From assembly GCA_964036045.1 (NCBI GenBank), contig OZ038378.1, positions 194,308,001-194,372,000 on the forward strand: 64,000 nt of DNA. The letters are read 5' to 3'. The translations under genes and the position numbers were made by a program. This document shows, piece after piece, positions 9,429 through 21,300 of this stretch (the stretch's first letter is position 1; the number at the start of each line of letters is the position of its first letter). Below the pieces are notes generated by a model that was not told the origin of the DNA, did no database searches, and saw only the letters and a list, made by a program, of their open reading frames with translations. Source of the stretch: Eutreptiella sp. 'Long Island Sound 2002' (taxonomy: Eukaryota; Protista; Euglenida).

Positions 9429-12199
9429 AATTACATGACATGCAGGCGTGCAGCTCTTTACGCCCTTCTGCTCTGCTCTGCTTAAGGAAGGAGCCTTTAG
9501 TCATACAGGGTGGAGCCAGTGTAACCACCATACTCACCTGACGCTGACGTCTGGTTAAGTGTAGATATGGTGATGACCCCATGGACTATTGCTCCTTAAG
9601 ATGGTTTCCTTCCATCTGCTCTGCATATATGCTACTGCCAAGCCCGTTGCTGAGGCTGCTGCCATCCCTTGTGCTGAACCCTCAGTCAAGGTGCAACCAA
9701 ACCTGTCGCCAGGGTTGCAGTGTGGCTGGAGAGCCCATTCTGATGGACCCTGTTGAGCACGTGCAACTCTTCAGCTCTTCAAAGTTGAGTTCTAGCACCA
9801 GCCAAAGCAAACAAAGCTCCCACACTTAAGAACGTATGTATACTATCTCGAGTTGGCATGAGACACTTTGAGTCAGTCCCCCCCCCCCCCCAAAACAAGC
9901 ATCTGTACCCCCCCCCCCCCGGTGGGCCGAAATCCCAACCCCCACCCCCCGATCCCTTGAACTTAAACCCCCGCCCCCCCCCCCCCCCCTTTGTCCTAAC
10001 ACGGGCTTCTACACTTTTGTTTTTTTGTTTTTTGGAACCCTGGTTGTTGCGGTTCCAATCCAATAGAGAATGTGGTTTGTAGCTTGGTGCAGGCTGCAAG
10101 AAGGGTCAATATGGGTGGCAAAGTGGTGGTGTAGCTGTAATTCCATGTCCTCTTGTGTTCTGGGGTGCATGCTGGCCTGTTGCTTTGTATTGTCATGTTT
10201 TGAGGCTCGGGTTGGCTTATGTTTGCAACATGTGTTCTGTGTTACATGCCTCGTGGTAACACGGGCTGGTCCAAACACGGCGACCCCATGTTTCCACATT
10301 TTTGCCCATTGAACTAGGACCCGACCTGTGTTAGGACAGTGGGTGGGGGTTACACTTGTGCATGGCCAGAATTGACTGGGTTATCATGAGGGCCCCCATG
10401 TGCCTTGACCACAAATACCACCCAGCTCCCCCCTTGGGCCGAAATCCCAACCCCCACCCCCCAATCCCTTGAAGGTTTACCAACCTGTGTCACAATTGCA
10501 ATTGCCCTGCATGCATGCCATGCATGCCTGCCTGTGTTTTGCAAAACGCTCAGACTTTACAATGTATCCTCCCATTCCGCCCCTCCCCCCCCCAAAAAAT
10601 ATTAAAGCTAACAGAATTGCCCCCCCCCTCCCCGCGCCCCAGCAATCATTCTGCCAGCTTGCCGGGGTTTGTTGTGGCCCTCAGTCCCCATGTACTGTTG
10701 AATTTAGGTTAGAGGTCTTGGCGGACACCAGCGCCAGACTGTACATACGCAGATGTTTGACATTGATCTGGATCATCAGTGGAACTGCCGAACATTGCTG
10801 TATATGCATACCAGGACGTGCATGTGTGGAGTGCTTTGTTGACCTGCATGCGGCCCCTGCCCCAGCCGGAATGGACAATCATGCGCCCCCACCCCAGCCC
10901 CCCAAACAATATTCCCCTCCCCCCGGCCCGGAGCGGACAACCATGGCCCGGCCATTTTCGACCAAATCTTGGACCAAATCTTTTCTGCTCCAAGAGCACA
11001 CTGGGAAGCCCACGGGCGTGGTGGTTCCTGCTGCATAACCTGGAGTCAGAGCCAGATCAGACTAGCGCAAGTGATGTTCCAGCCCCCTCCCCCCCCACCA
11101 TCGTTTTCAGAGCACCTCTTCACCTTGACAACCCTAGAATGGTGCATTTCTGCAAACTGCAAATTGTCATTTACTGCGTTAAATGATTGGTTTCCAGTGC
11201 GCACCTTCTCTGGTCTGTAATCCATTCAATGAGCCAGAAACTGTTTCTTCTGTCATTCCTGGGGTGCATAGTTTCTCTTCATTTCCATTGACATGCAAGT
11301 GTGCAGGCTCTTTGCAGGATGGTAATTCCACAACGTACGTCAGAGCTTCCTCCACCTGTCAGTCCATTGTCGGGATGGTTCTGTGGGGAGTGAGTGAGCT
11401 CTTATATTATTTTTATTATTCTTATTGTCAGAAGTATAAGAACAATAATTACATGACATGGAGGCGTGCAGCAGACCCAATGACCAGAGAGCACAATGGG
11501 CAATCAAACGCCCACGCACATGAAGGACATAACCCCACCAGGGACGCCAGGAAAGTTTTTCCCGGTTTTCTCATGACAGAAAATTCCCACATCAACAGAT
11601 TTCATTCCTCGTTGCCCCAGTGGCGTGGCAGTTTCTGATACTGCATGAGCAGATGACAGATTACAGGTGAGCTTCAAGTATACGTCCCGCCACCACGGGT
11701 GGTATGCGGCCCAGGTACCGCACGGGACAACATATGTTGTACTTACACTGTCATTTCTGAACCGGCCCGTCTGGCTGAGCACTTACGAAGAACTTGTGAG
11801 TCTGAGCCAAAAAAAAATTACATTACATGGAGGCGTGCAGCCCTTTACGCCCCTGTGCTCTGCACACATGCTACTGCCAAGCCCGTTGCTGAGGCTGCTG
11901 CCATCCCTTGTGCTGAACCCTCAGTCAAGGTGCAACCAAACCTGCCGCCAGGGTCGCAGGCAAGTCTGCAGCCAAGCCTGTGGCTGGAGAATTTTGCTAT
12001 TTCGACTTATGCAGTGTCCTTTGTAGGGAAGGTTTGCGGTCCACTCTTGGTGGACTTGGGGGCTCTTCTAGAGGAGGGTAAATCCGGGTTGAAAGTCAGG
12101 ATAGTTTCTACAAAAGTAGCGCGCCGGGCAAACACCCCCCCCCCCCTTTGGTGCCTCAGCGGTTTAAGGACTGGTCCAATAGGGGGCCAGTCTTCACAC

Positions 12200-12700
12200 A
12201 AGCCTGCGTGTTGAGTTGTGGGATTGGGTTGTGCATGCATGTGTGCTTTTATGCATATTGTTATCTGCTCCATTAGCTCGAGCTCCCCTGGTCTGTGATC
12301 AATCGGGACACGACTGGCACTTTCAATGGGCCTGGAACTGTTCCTTCCAATATTCCTGAGTTGCATTATTCTTCTTCATTTGCATTTACATCTGAGTTGC
12401 TGTATTGGGTGAGCATGCGAATCAATGATTCAAATGTCGCATGTTCATTGGTGCTATTAGAGTTGTTGCCACATTGGGCTGTGGTTTTGGATTACCCTGT
12501 GCAAAGGGGTTTCATACTCATGTAAGTGCCTTTCCCTGAAGGGTGTGCCAAGAACACACATTGTAGGTGGGTTGGCATGGGCTCAAACCCACCTTCTCTG
12601 CTTCTTTTTATTATCACAAGATCTGTCAACAGCTCCAGCAGCAGCAAGCTTGGCAGCCATCTGTGATGTATGCAACGCCCTCATTCCCACATACCCGGAA
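12200..12700 (+). pseudogene. Possible relic of a CxC/KDZ (Kyakuja-Dileera-Zisupton)-associated transposase; copies ~21540, ~35620, ~50015
   Basis: FNGP...LHYSSSFAFTSELLYW resembles the GP...FNY...FTHELL..Y segment I recall from CxC/KDZ-linked proteins. It is followed in a shifted frame by W..THLLCFF..CDVC. Heavily decayed and recognised by eye only. Confidence 0.35.
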
Positions 12701-14007
12701 CAGAACTCAGGAGAAAGTTTGTGGGACGCCCTCAAGGCGTGTCAGTTGCATCCCGCTGCATCCCCTGGTGACAGTGTACAAGTCTCAAGTACACGTCCCA
12801 CCATCCTCTGACGGCATGTGGGTCCTCCACACGGGATAATATATGTTGCATTTTAAGTGCCACACAGAGCCGGTCCGTCTGACCGAGCACTTATGAGGCA
12901 CGGGTAAATCTGAGCAAAAAAAAAGTACATGGAACAGAACTCAACTCCTGTAGATTTGATTCACTCGCTCTTCTTTCAGAGGCTCATACCCTACCCCCTC
13001 CCTCGCGAGGACATTGTCTATGGCGGGGACATTCGGTCAATCAGAACCGACCATTGATCCCCTCGTGAGGACAGCACCCTTGTCAGAACAATATGGGGTG
13101 CTGTTTCTGCAACTTTTGAAACCATTGGCTTTCGTGGCCCCATTTTCTGGTTGTTTATGAGGTCAAGTTTTTTTTCTTTGATTTGAAGCAAGGAATAGTA
13201 TTGATTGCTAGGCTGCCACTTGTTGCCCATAGGTAGGATACGTCTTGCCCCATTCTGCTCCTTGCTTCAGTGCAGAGAATGTATAATGCTTGTTTTTGAG
13301 GCCAATTCAAGCATGGAGCCAGCTATGATGAGGTTTCTGAATCAGGTTCTGTGTCCGATTCAAGTTCCTTGTCAAATGCATCTTCCATTTCTTTGAACAG
13401 CAGTGGTCAGGCCAGGTGTTCTGCAGGACAACGGAGGATGCTTTGCTTTGCTCTCATTGCTCATGTCCTCACGGCGCACTCAAACAGCGCCCTTGGCAGA
13501 TCAGGAGGGCCATTTATTGTCATTTGGTAACTCTTTCTTTGCATACAAATACTTATTGCTCTGGTGTTGTGCAATGCCACATTTGTCGCTCGTTCTTTGG
13601 GGCAAAGAGAGTGCCTTCTTTCATTTGTAATGACAAAATTGGAGGTGGCACCCAGGGGCACCACCGTTGGTTAGGGGGTCCATATAGAAGAAAAAAGTGG
13701 AATGTGACTTGCGTCCGAATTGACGTATAGTGGCAGCTACAGGCGAACCAAGTTTGGCCCACCACAATGCTAGCGGACCCAAAATGGTGCTCTCAGGACC
13801 AATATGCATTGGCCAATGATTCAGCGTATGCTTGTGTCAGCGTATGCTTGCCTAATGCTTGCGGATATTTCGGTCCTGTAGCCACCAACTCATCCCGCAG
13901 CCATGCAATCACACTGAGATGCAAAACAATTGGTCTCAGAAATAACACCATTTGGCAGAGGGAGTGGTGATTGCACAAAGCAAACATTGCATATGCTAAA
14001 AAGCTAG

Positions 14008-15043
14008 CTGCAGCAATTTTACCATCGCATGCGGCGATGTTACAGCAATTCACGCACCTCCATTGCCACCTCGCGTCGCCGTATCATCGCGTGGAGGCGC
14101 CAAGGGACTCTTCCCCTTGACCACTACGACACACTGATGCAAACGTGCCACACCAGGAAGGAAAAGTTTTGGCTTCAATCCCTACGTACCTTGAGACATC
14201 GGTCAATGCAGGCACTCACACACGTTGCCACTCAACTACTAAGGGAAAACTGGTCAGCTGCGGAGGACCTGTTCCGAGCTGCCGTTGCCATCGTACATCA
14301 CCTCAAAAAGCGCTCCCGGCCCTATGACACTGCAAACCCCAACCCAAAACGGACCTGCACGCCCCGCACTGCCCCTCAACCCTCCGAGTCCGAGACAGTG
14401 TGGCCTAATCCCTGAAGACAGGGACCAACCCCTCTACAGACTTGACATCTGACACTGGATTCTTGCACTTGGCGGTGGTGTCGGCTGCGCGCCAGTTCCT
14501 ATTTTTTCACCAACCCATGGCAGGTTGGCCCCCCTGTGGCGTCCTCCCCTTGTCTATTTTTTCCCCCACAGGTGTGGAATGCCACTCCCCGGCGCGCCGT
14601 AACCCTGCCTGTGTTCTACTTCCCACCTTCGCCCTCTTCTGTGTGTCACCGATCACTCCACAGCAGTGTGCTCTGCCCCAAGCGAATAGTGACCCTTTGT
14701 GCCTGATTGACCAATTGTGCCTGAATGTCATCCCCTCCCACTCTGATAGTGTATGACAAGCAACCTGCTGATTCACCTCGGCCTTCAATCTTCACTCCGC
14801 TGTCTTTTTCAGCCTACAGTCATTGTGCCTCACGCACACTGGGAAGCCTACGGGCGTGGCAGTCTCCCACTGCATAACCTGGTTTCAGACTCAGCTCATC
14901 CTCACTACGTGTCAGATCCGCTACCACAGTCATTTGTGGGATCATTGTAGCACTGGACAGCTCTGAACCTTGATTCCGAGGGGTCACCTCGAGGACTGTG
15001 AAGTAAGCAGGCTACGCCAGCTCATCTTGGTCAGCCAAAAAAA
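14008..15043 (+). mobile_element. 5'-truncated poly(A)-tailed retro-insertion (LINE 3' end) with 26-bp TSD
   Basis: AAACATTGCATATGCTAAAAAGCTAG occurs at 13982-14007 and 15044-15069, with an A-run at 15037-15046. The reading frame is open from the first inserted base to TGA at 14415. Empty sites lie at ~23363, ~38641 and ~51934. Confidence 0.85.
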
Positions 15044-16984
15044 AAACATTGCATATGCTAAAAAGCTAGGGCAACCGTTACCACCCCCCACCCCCCAACT
15101 GTGAGCACCAAAAGCGCTGAAAATGATGGAAACACCATCTCGCGCTCCAATTTTAAGCTGTCAACAAGAAGAGGTGCGTTCAAGAAAGTCCAAGAGCAGA
15201 TGTCAAGAAGTTGGGAAGCGAATGATGGGATGTTGCATGTAGTTTGGAACAACCATTGGAGCATGGACCCTATGCTCTTGGCCGTCCCAACGCGCCTCTT
15301 GTGGTATACAAACCCCTGAACAACCACCGTAGCAGCTAGAACCAACGGGAGGCCCGCGTGACCTTACATGCTATACCCTGACAACACCATCCTTTTTGTC
15401 CCTTGTACCTTCGATAACCCCACCAACAGGGGCATGGGGAAGGTCTCTCTTCAAGGTGCCTGGCCGAAGGCAATAGAACTTCTACAACCCCAGAGATCTA
15501 CACTACTTCTCTTACGGCACCTTTTTTCGGTGGTGGTGTGCACTGTAAGGAGTACAGCTTCATGCCTGGTCATGGCCGTACCCCCCCTCCCCCTTGCGCA
15601 AGCACGGCCTTGTCTAAGCACAGAGTGGTGAGACCAGTGATTTCCTGCCGGTGGGATACCTGGGGTGACGGCCATCGTCGGATTATGGCTAAGCATAGAG
15701 TGGGCGTTGAAACGCTGTTTTTAGGAACTTTTGGGACCACTGTTTTTGTCGTCCCAGATGTAAGATGGGGTTTAAAACCATTCTACCACACATTACAACC
15801 CGTGATTCTTAGCCAGTCCCGATATTCCCCTTCCACAGCCTGTCACCATCTGCATCTTCTGGAAATGGGCGGTCATGTGCGTTTGCCATCATGTGTGTCG
15901 CACGCGAGCATAGTGTTGTCTAAGCACCCGGTGGGCGTTGAACCGCTGTTTAGCCTGCTTTTTGGGACCACGGCTGTGCTTGCGCAGGGGGAGGGGGGTT
16001 ACATTCAACTAGAACCACTATCCTACAAGGCCTTTGGGTATTTGGCCTACAGTCTGTAATCCTGCTCCTTCGCGGGGCAATACATAGTTGATGGCTTAGC
16101 CGACATCAGTGGTCAGGGCTGTTTGCCACTCTAGCACGTGGCCCTGGTGCAGCCCTAGTGCAGCAAGGAATCCCCACTGTTCGGGACTGTATGATGCCAA
16201 TGTACAGGTCAAGCGTCAGATGATTGTGAAAATTGCACCACCTTGGAAAGCAGTTTTACGCTGCAGGTCTGTGGAACTTTCTGCGTTGGTTGCAGCCATG
16301 CATTGTTGCACATTGATGTGTTGTCCAATGTATCATGGGTCACACCACTAGGCACTTTGGAAGTGCACTCCAACCCTTTGACCGTGCACCCAATGAGGAA
16401 ATCATTGCACTGCAGTTGACAACCACCTTTCCTGGGCATTTCTCCAATATAAACCTGCAAGATCTGCCCCACCAAACTCAAGCCCCAACCTGCCCAAGAG
16501 CGAAATGCACACTTGAACAAGTACAGGAGATGGTGGCCGCTTTCAGCATATCCCTGAGTCCGAACCCAGATACAAGCCATGTTTTTTACGTGTTCGGGGG
16601 AGCGTTAGTGCGCCAGGCCCACGCCAGGCATCTTTTTTGACCCGTGCCCCACCGGTGACCTTTTAGGGGGTGCGCACTAAGTGCAGTGCGCGCGCAGTGC
16701 AACTATTTGGACGTCTAGCCATCCTAGAACCCCATACTTTGTGATACCTGCAAGATCTGCCCCACCAAACTCAAGCCCCAACCTGCTCAAGAGCCAAATG
16801 CACACTTGAACAAGTACAGGAGACAAGGAGACAGTGGCCGCTTTCAGCATATCCCTGAGGCAAACCCCGGATACAAGCAATGTTTTTTTCGTGTTGCATG
16901 CATTTGTGGGTTGAACGAAGTTGCTGCACAACATCTGCACATGTTGTCTCCAGTTCTCATAAAAGCTTATTTCTTGACGCACCG

Positions 16985-18217
16985 ATGTCGACTCGCTCAG
17001 CCACGCATTCCATGGCCAGTGACCTCATGTTGGCACAAGAGTACTGTTTCTGGAGAGACAACTACGAGGTGGTGATTGTGAAGAATAGACGCCGAAAGTC
17101 GTCGCAGCGCACTGAGCTGGTGCAGTTGAATCGCGTCACCTCATGGGGCGCGTACCAAGCAAGCGTAATCATGCACATGGCCCAGACCCCACAGAACGGC
17201 AGTCTGCACATCTTTCGCAAGGGAATCGCCCCAGAGTACGAAGATCCTTTGAATCGGAATGGCGGTCTCTTTAAGCTGACGTTTCAAGCCACAAGTTGTG
17301 CTGCGGATGCGTTCACAGTGCTGTGCGGTTCCTTCGTGCTGGGGCACCTCCCGAACCACGTGGCAGTGAATGGGGTAACATTTGCCAAAAAGGGGACGAG
17401 TTGTGGTCTGAAGGTGTGGGTTGGGAGCAGGGCCAAGCAGGTGGTGGCCCACGTTCAGGAGTGGTTCACGAAAGAATTGGATGGCTTCATCTCGTCCTGT
17501 CTGTTCTGCCCCATTGTGTCGCTGCTGACCTCCATTCAGAAGAAGCAAGCTGCACTGTGTGTGCCACCACAGCCCATCCAGCAACCACAAGGCCCAAACC
17601 CTAGAGACGCCATCGGGATCCTCAAGGTACCACCACCACCCCCAGTGATGATGCCCGCAGTCACCACCACAGGCAACATGGGAATCATCCCTTGGGACTT
17701 GGTGCAACAGCCGGATGTCGCTGGCAGCCCAAGCCTGTTTCTTCTCAACGAAGCATCGTTCTCGAGTGATGGTAGCGACCCTGACACGGCTGCGTCTGGT
17801 AGATCCCTGGGATACAGCAGTCAGGCCTCCACTTCCGACGTCAATGACCGAGCACGCGATTCGCAGCTGTTGTCGCTGTCCCGAGACGAGTGTATACTGG
17901 AGCAGGCCGTTGAAGAATGTGTACAGGATGTCCAACAAATGGAGGCATCGGGTCCTCAGGTGCCTGCCGCGCTTTCAGTCGTCCACAATGTGTTTGAGGA
18001 TGATGCCATGAGGTGCCTGATGAGCAGGTCTCGGTACTCACAAGCCTGGGCTGTAGAAGCAGCGGACGCCGTGAGAAAGCGGCTGCAAGCCACCGCAGAG
18101 CGGTGCCGTGCATTTCCTCGCGATTTTATGGAAGTGCGGGTCGTGCAAACCTCTCCGCAAGCCCCATGCCGTACATGCTCTGACGATTCTGACGAATGTA
18201 TGGGCAGATGGGGATAG
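16985..18217 (+). CDS. eIF4E-like protein copy 2 (GIAPEYEDPL allele)
   Basis: Intact 410-codon frame, near-identical to copy 1. Confidence 0.85.
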   Translation: MSTRSATHSMASDLMLAQEYCFWRDNYEVVIVKNRRRKSSQRTELVQLNRVTSWGAYQASVIMHMAQTPQNGSLHIFRKGIAPEYEDPLNRNGGLFKLTFQATSCAADAFTVLCGSFVLGHLPNHVAVNGVTFAKKGTSCGLKVWVGSRAKQVVAHVQEWFTKELDGFISSCLFCPIVSLLTSIQKKQAALCVPPQPIQQPQGPNPRDAIGILKVPPPPPVMMPAVTTTGNMGIIPWDLVQQPDVAGSPSLFLLNEASFSSDGSDPDTAASGRSLGYSSQASTSDVNDRARDSQLLSLSRDECILEQAVEECVQDVQQMEASGPQVPAALSVVHNVFEDDAMRCLMSRSRYSQAWAVEAADAVRKRLQATAERCRAFPRDFMEVRVVQTSPQAPCRTCSDDSDECMGRWG

Positions 18218-18299
18218 TGCAAATCAGCGATGGATTTAATTTTGGCGCTACTCGGGGGTCCGGGTCCGGGGCCGGGGGGGCGGTCAGTTTTTGAGACTG

Positions 18300-18375
18300 T
18301 TACAGTTGTCTGTCCACGTTGACGACAATACTATTGTGGCTGCATCCCAGGCCCAGTTGCAAGCTGCCCTCTATA
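18300..18375 (+). pseudogene. RT domain-5 fragment left after a ~2.8-kb deletion in copy 2
   Basis: Junction CAGTTTTTG|AGACTGTTACAGTTGTCTGTCCACGTTGACGAC. Confidence 0.75.
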
Positions 18376-21300
18376 CCGAGTGCATGTTTTGGACCCCCAA
18401 ATATGAGCTCTGATTCTTCTCACCCTCTACCTCTCCTCTGCTGCTGAATCATCTGAAAGGGACATTGCGATCCAATTGAAAACTGCTTCCTTCCCCTGCA
18501 TCTGTGGGTTCAGTACCCTGCTCAGCTTTGTGTGGTATGAAATGCACTTCAGCTTTCCCCACTGGGAAAGTGGACACTTGTGCAGTACTGCAGGCTTTGC
18601 ATCAAGGAGTTGTCATGCTTTACCTTCCCTTCATCGGCATATGTTGGGGCGAGTCCGCGGGTGCTAGGACACCAACTACCCCTGCCGCCCCCACCTGCCC
18701 AACCCCCCCCCCCCCCTGGCGCTTTTGGCCAGGCGCCTTTGGCCAACAGTTAGTGAAATGAGCCCTTTTTGAGCCCATTGCAAGCCATTTTGACCACTCC
18801 AAAGTCACAAAACGCCTTGAAAATGGGCTGTTTTGGGACCAAAAATCAGTCAAAAATGGATCAAAAATGTGCTTTTCCAAAGATATATTTGGACCACTTG
18901 GGGTGCCTAAACAAGTGGAATGAGCCCATTTTCAGACCATGATGAACCATTTTGGCCCCTCTCAAGGCCGAAAGGGCCTTGAATATGGGCCAATCTGGGA
19001 CCACAAATGGCTCAAAAACAGGTCAAAACCATGGTTTTCCAAAAATAATCCTAGTCCAGTTGTGGTGCCCAAACGGATGAACACAGCTCGTTTTGAGCCC
19101 CTTTTGAGCTGCTCTCATCCACTTTCCAGTGCGTACCTCATTTGTCGTTGAAGTCTCCTAGACGATGTTCCTTCCCCCACAAGCTCGGTCCCAATATTCA
19201 ATCCTGGTATGGTTAGAGAGAGGGCAAGGGGAGGTAAGGGGAGCCTGTGATGGACCAACGCTTGGCCTTGGGGGCATGTACCCCCCAAATTGCCCCACCT
19301 GGACCCCCCTCCCCCAACCAACCCTCCCGGACTCCCCCGCTCTTGGGCAAAAGCCCCCCCAGATCCCCCCACTCCCTAGCCCCCCCCCCCCCCCAGGGGG
19401 CCTCCTACCAACGGTTAGTTGGGGGGGGTAGTTGGCGTCCAGAACCGAGGGGTCCCCCCCCCGGGCCATTATGGGTGGCAAAGTGGTGGTGTAGCTGTAA
19501 TTCCATGTCCTCTTGTGTTCTGGGGTGCATGCTGGCCTGTTGCTTTGTATTGTCATGTTTTGAGGCTCGGGTTGGCTTATGTTTGCAACATGTGTTCTGT
19601 GTTACATGCCTCGTGGTAACACGGGCTGGTCCAAACACGGCGACCCCATGTTTCTGCATTTTTGCCCATTGAACTAGGACCCGACCTGTGTTAGGACAGT
19701 GGGTGACACTTGTGCATGGCCAGAATTGACTGGGTTATCATGAGGGCCCCCATGTGCCTTGACCATAAAAACCACCCAGCTCCCCCCTTGGGCCGAAATC
19801 CCAACCCCCACCCCCCAATCCCTTGAAGGTTTACCAACCTGTGTCACAATTGCAATTGCCCTGCATGCATGCCATGCATGCCTGCCTGTGTTTTGCAAAA
19901 CGTTCAGACTTTACAATGTATCCTCCCATTCCGCCCCCCCCCCAAAAAATATTAAAGCTAACAGAATTGCCCCCCCCTCCCCACGCCCCAGCAATCATTC
20001 TGCCAGCTTGCCGGGGTTTGTTGTGGCCCTCAGTCCCCATGTACTGTTGAATTTAGGTTAGAGGTCTTGGCGGACCCCAGCGCCAGACTGTACATACGCA
20101 GATGTTTGACATTGATCTGAATCATCAGTGGAACTGCCGAACATTGCTGTATATGCATACCAGGACGTGCATGTGTGGAGCGCTTTGTTGACCTGCATGC
20201 GGCCCCTGCCCCAGCCGGAATGGACAATCATGCGCCCCCACCCTAGCCCCCCAAACAATATTCCAACCATGACGGACAACCATGGCCCGGCCATTTTGGA
20301 CCAAATCTTGGACCAAATCTTTTCTGCTCCAAGAGCACACTGGGAAGCCCACGGGCGTGGTGGTTCCTGCTGCATAACCTGGAGTCAGAGCCAGATCAGA
20401 CTAGCGCAAGTGATGTTCCAGCCCCCTCCCCCCCCACCATCATTTTCAAAGCACCTCTTCACCTTGACAACCCTAGAATGGTGCATTTCTGCAAACTGCA
20501 AATTGTCATTTACTGCGTTAAATGATTGGTTTCCAGTGCGCACCTTCTCTGGTCTGTAATCCATTCAATGAGCCAGAAACTGTTTCTTCTGTCATTCCTG
20601 GGGTGCATAGTTTCTCTTCATTTCCATTGACATGCAAGTGTGCAGGCTCTTTGCAGGATGGTAATTCCACAACGTGCGTCAGAGCTTCCTCCACCTGTCA
20701 GTCCATTGTCGGGATGGTTCTGTGGGGAGTGAGTGAGCTCTTATATTATTTTTATTATTCTTATTGTCAGAAGTATAAGAACAATAATTACATGACATGG
20801 AGGCGTGCAGCAGACCCAATGACCAGAGAGCACAATGGGCAATCAAACGCCCACGCACATGAAGGACATAACCCCACCAGGGACGCCAGGAAAGTTTTTC
20901 CCGGTTTTCTCATGACAGAAAATTTCCACATGAACAGATTTCATTCCTCGTTGCCCCAGTGGCGTGGCAGTTTCTGATACTGCATGAGCAGATGACAGAT
21001 TACAGGTGAGCTTCAAGTATACGTCCCGCCACCACGGGTGGTATGCGGCCCAGGTACCGCACGGGACAACATATGTTGTACTTACACTGTCATTTCTGAA
21101 CCGGCCCGTCTGGCTGAGCACTTACGAAGGACTTGTGAGTCTGAGCCAAAAAAAAATTACATTACATGGAGGCGTGCAGCCCTTTACGCCCCTGTGCTCT
21201 GCACACATGCTACTGCCAAGCCCGTTGCTGAGGCTGCTGCCATCCCTTGTGCTGAACCCTCAGTCAAGGTGCAACCAAACCTGCCGCCAGGGTCGCAGGC

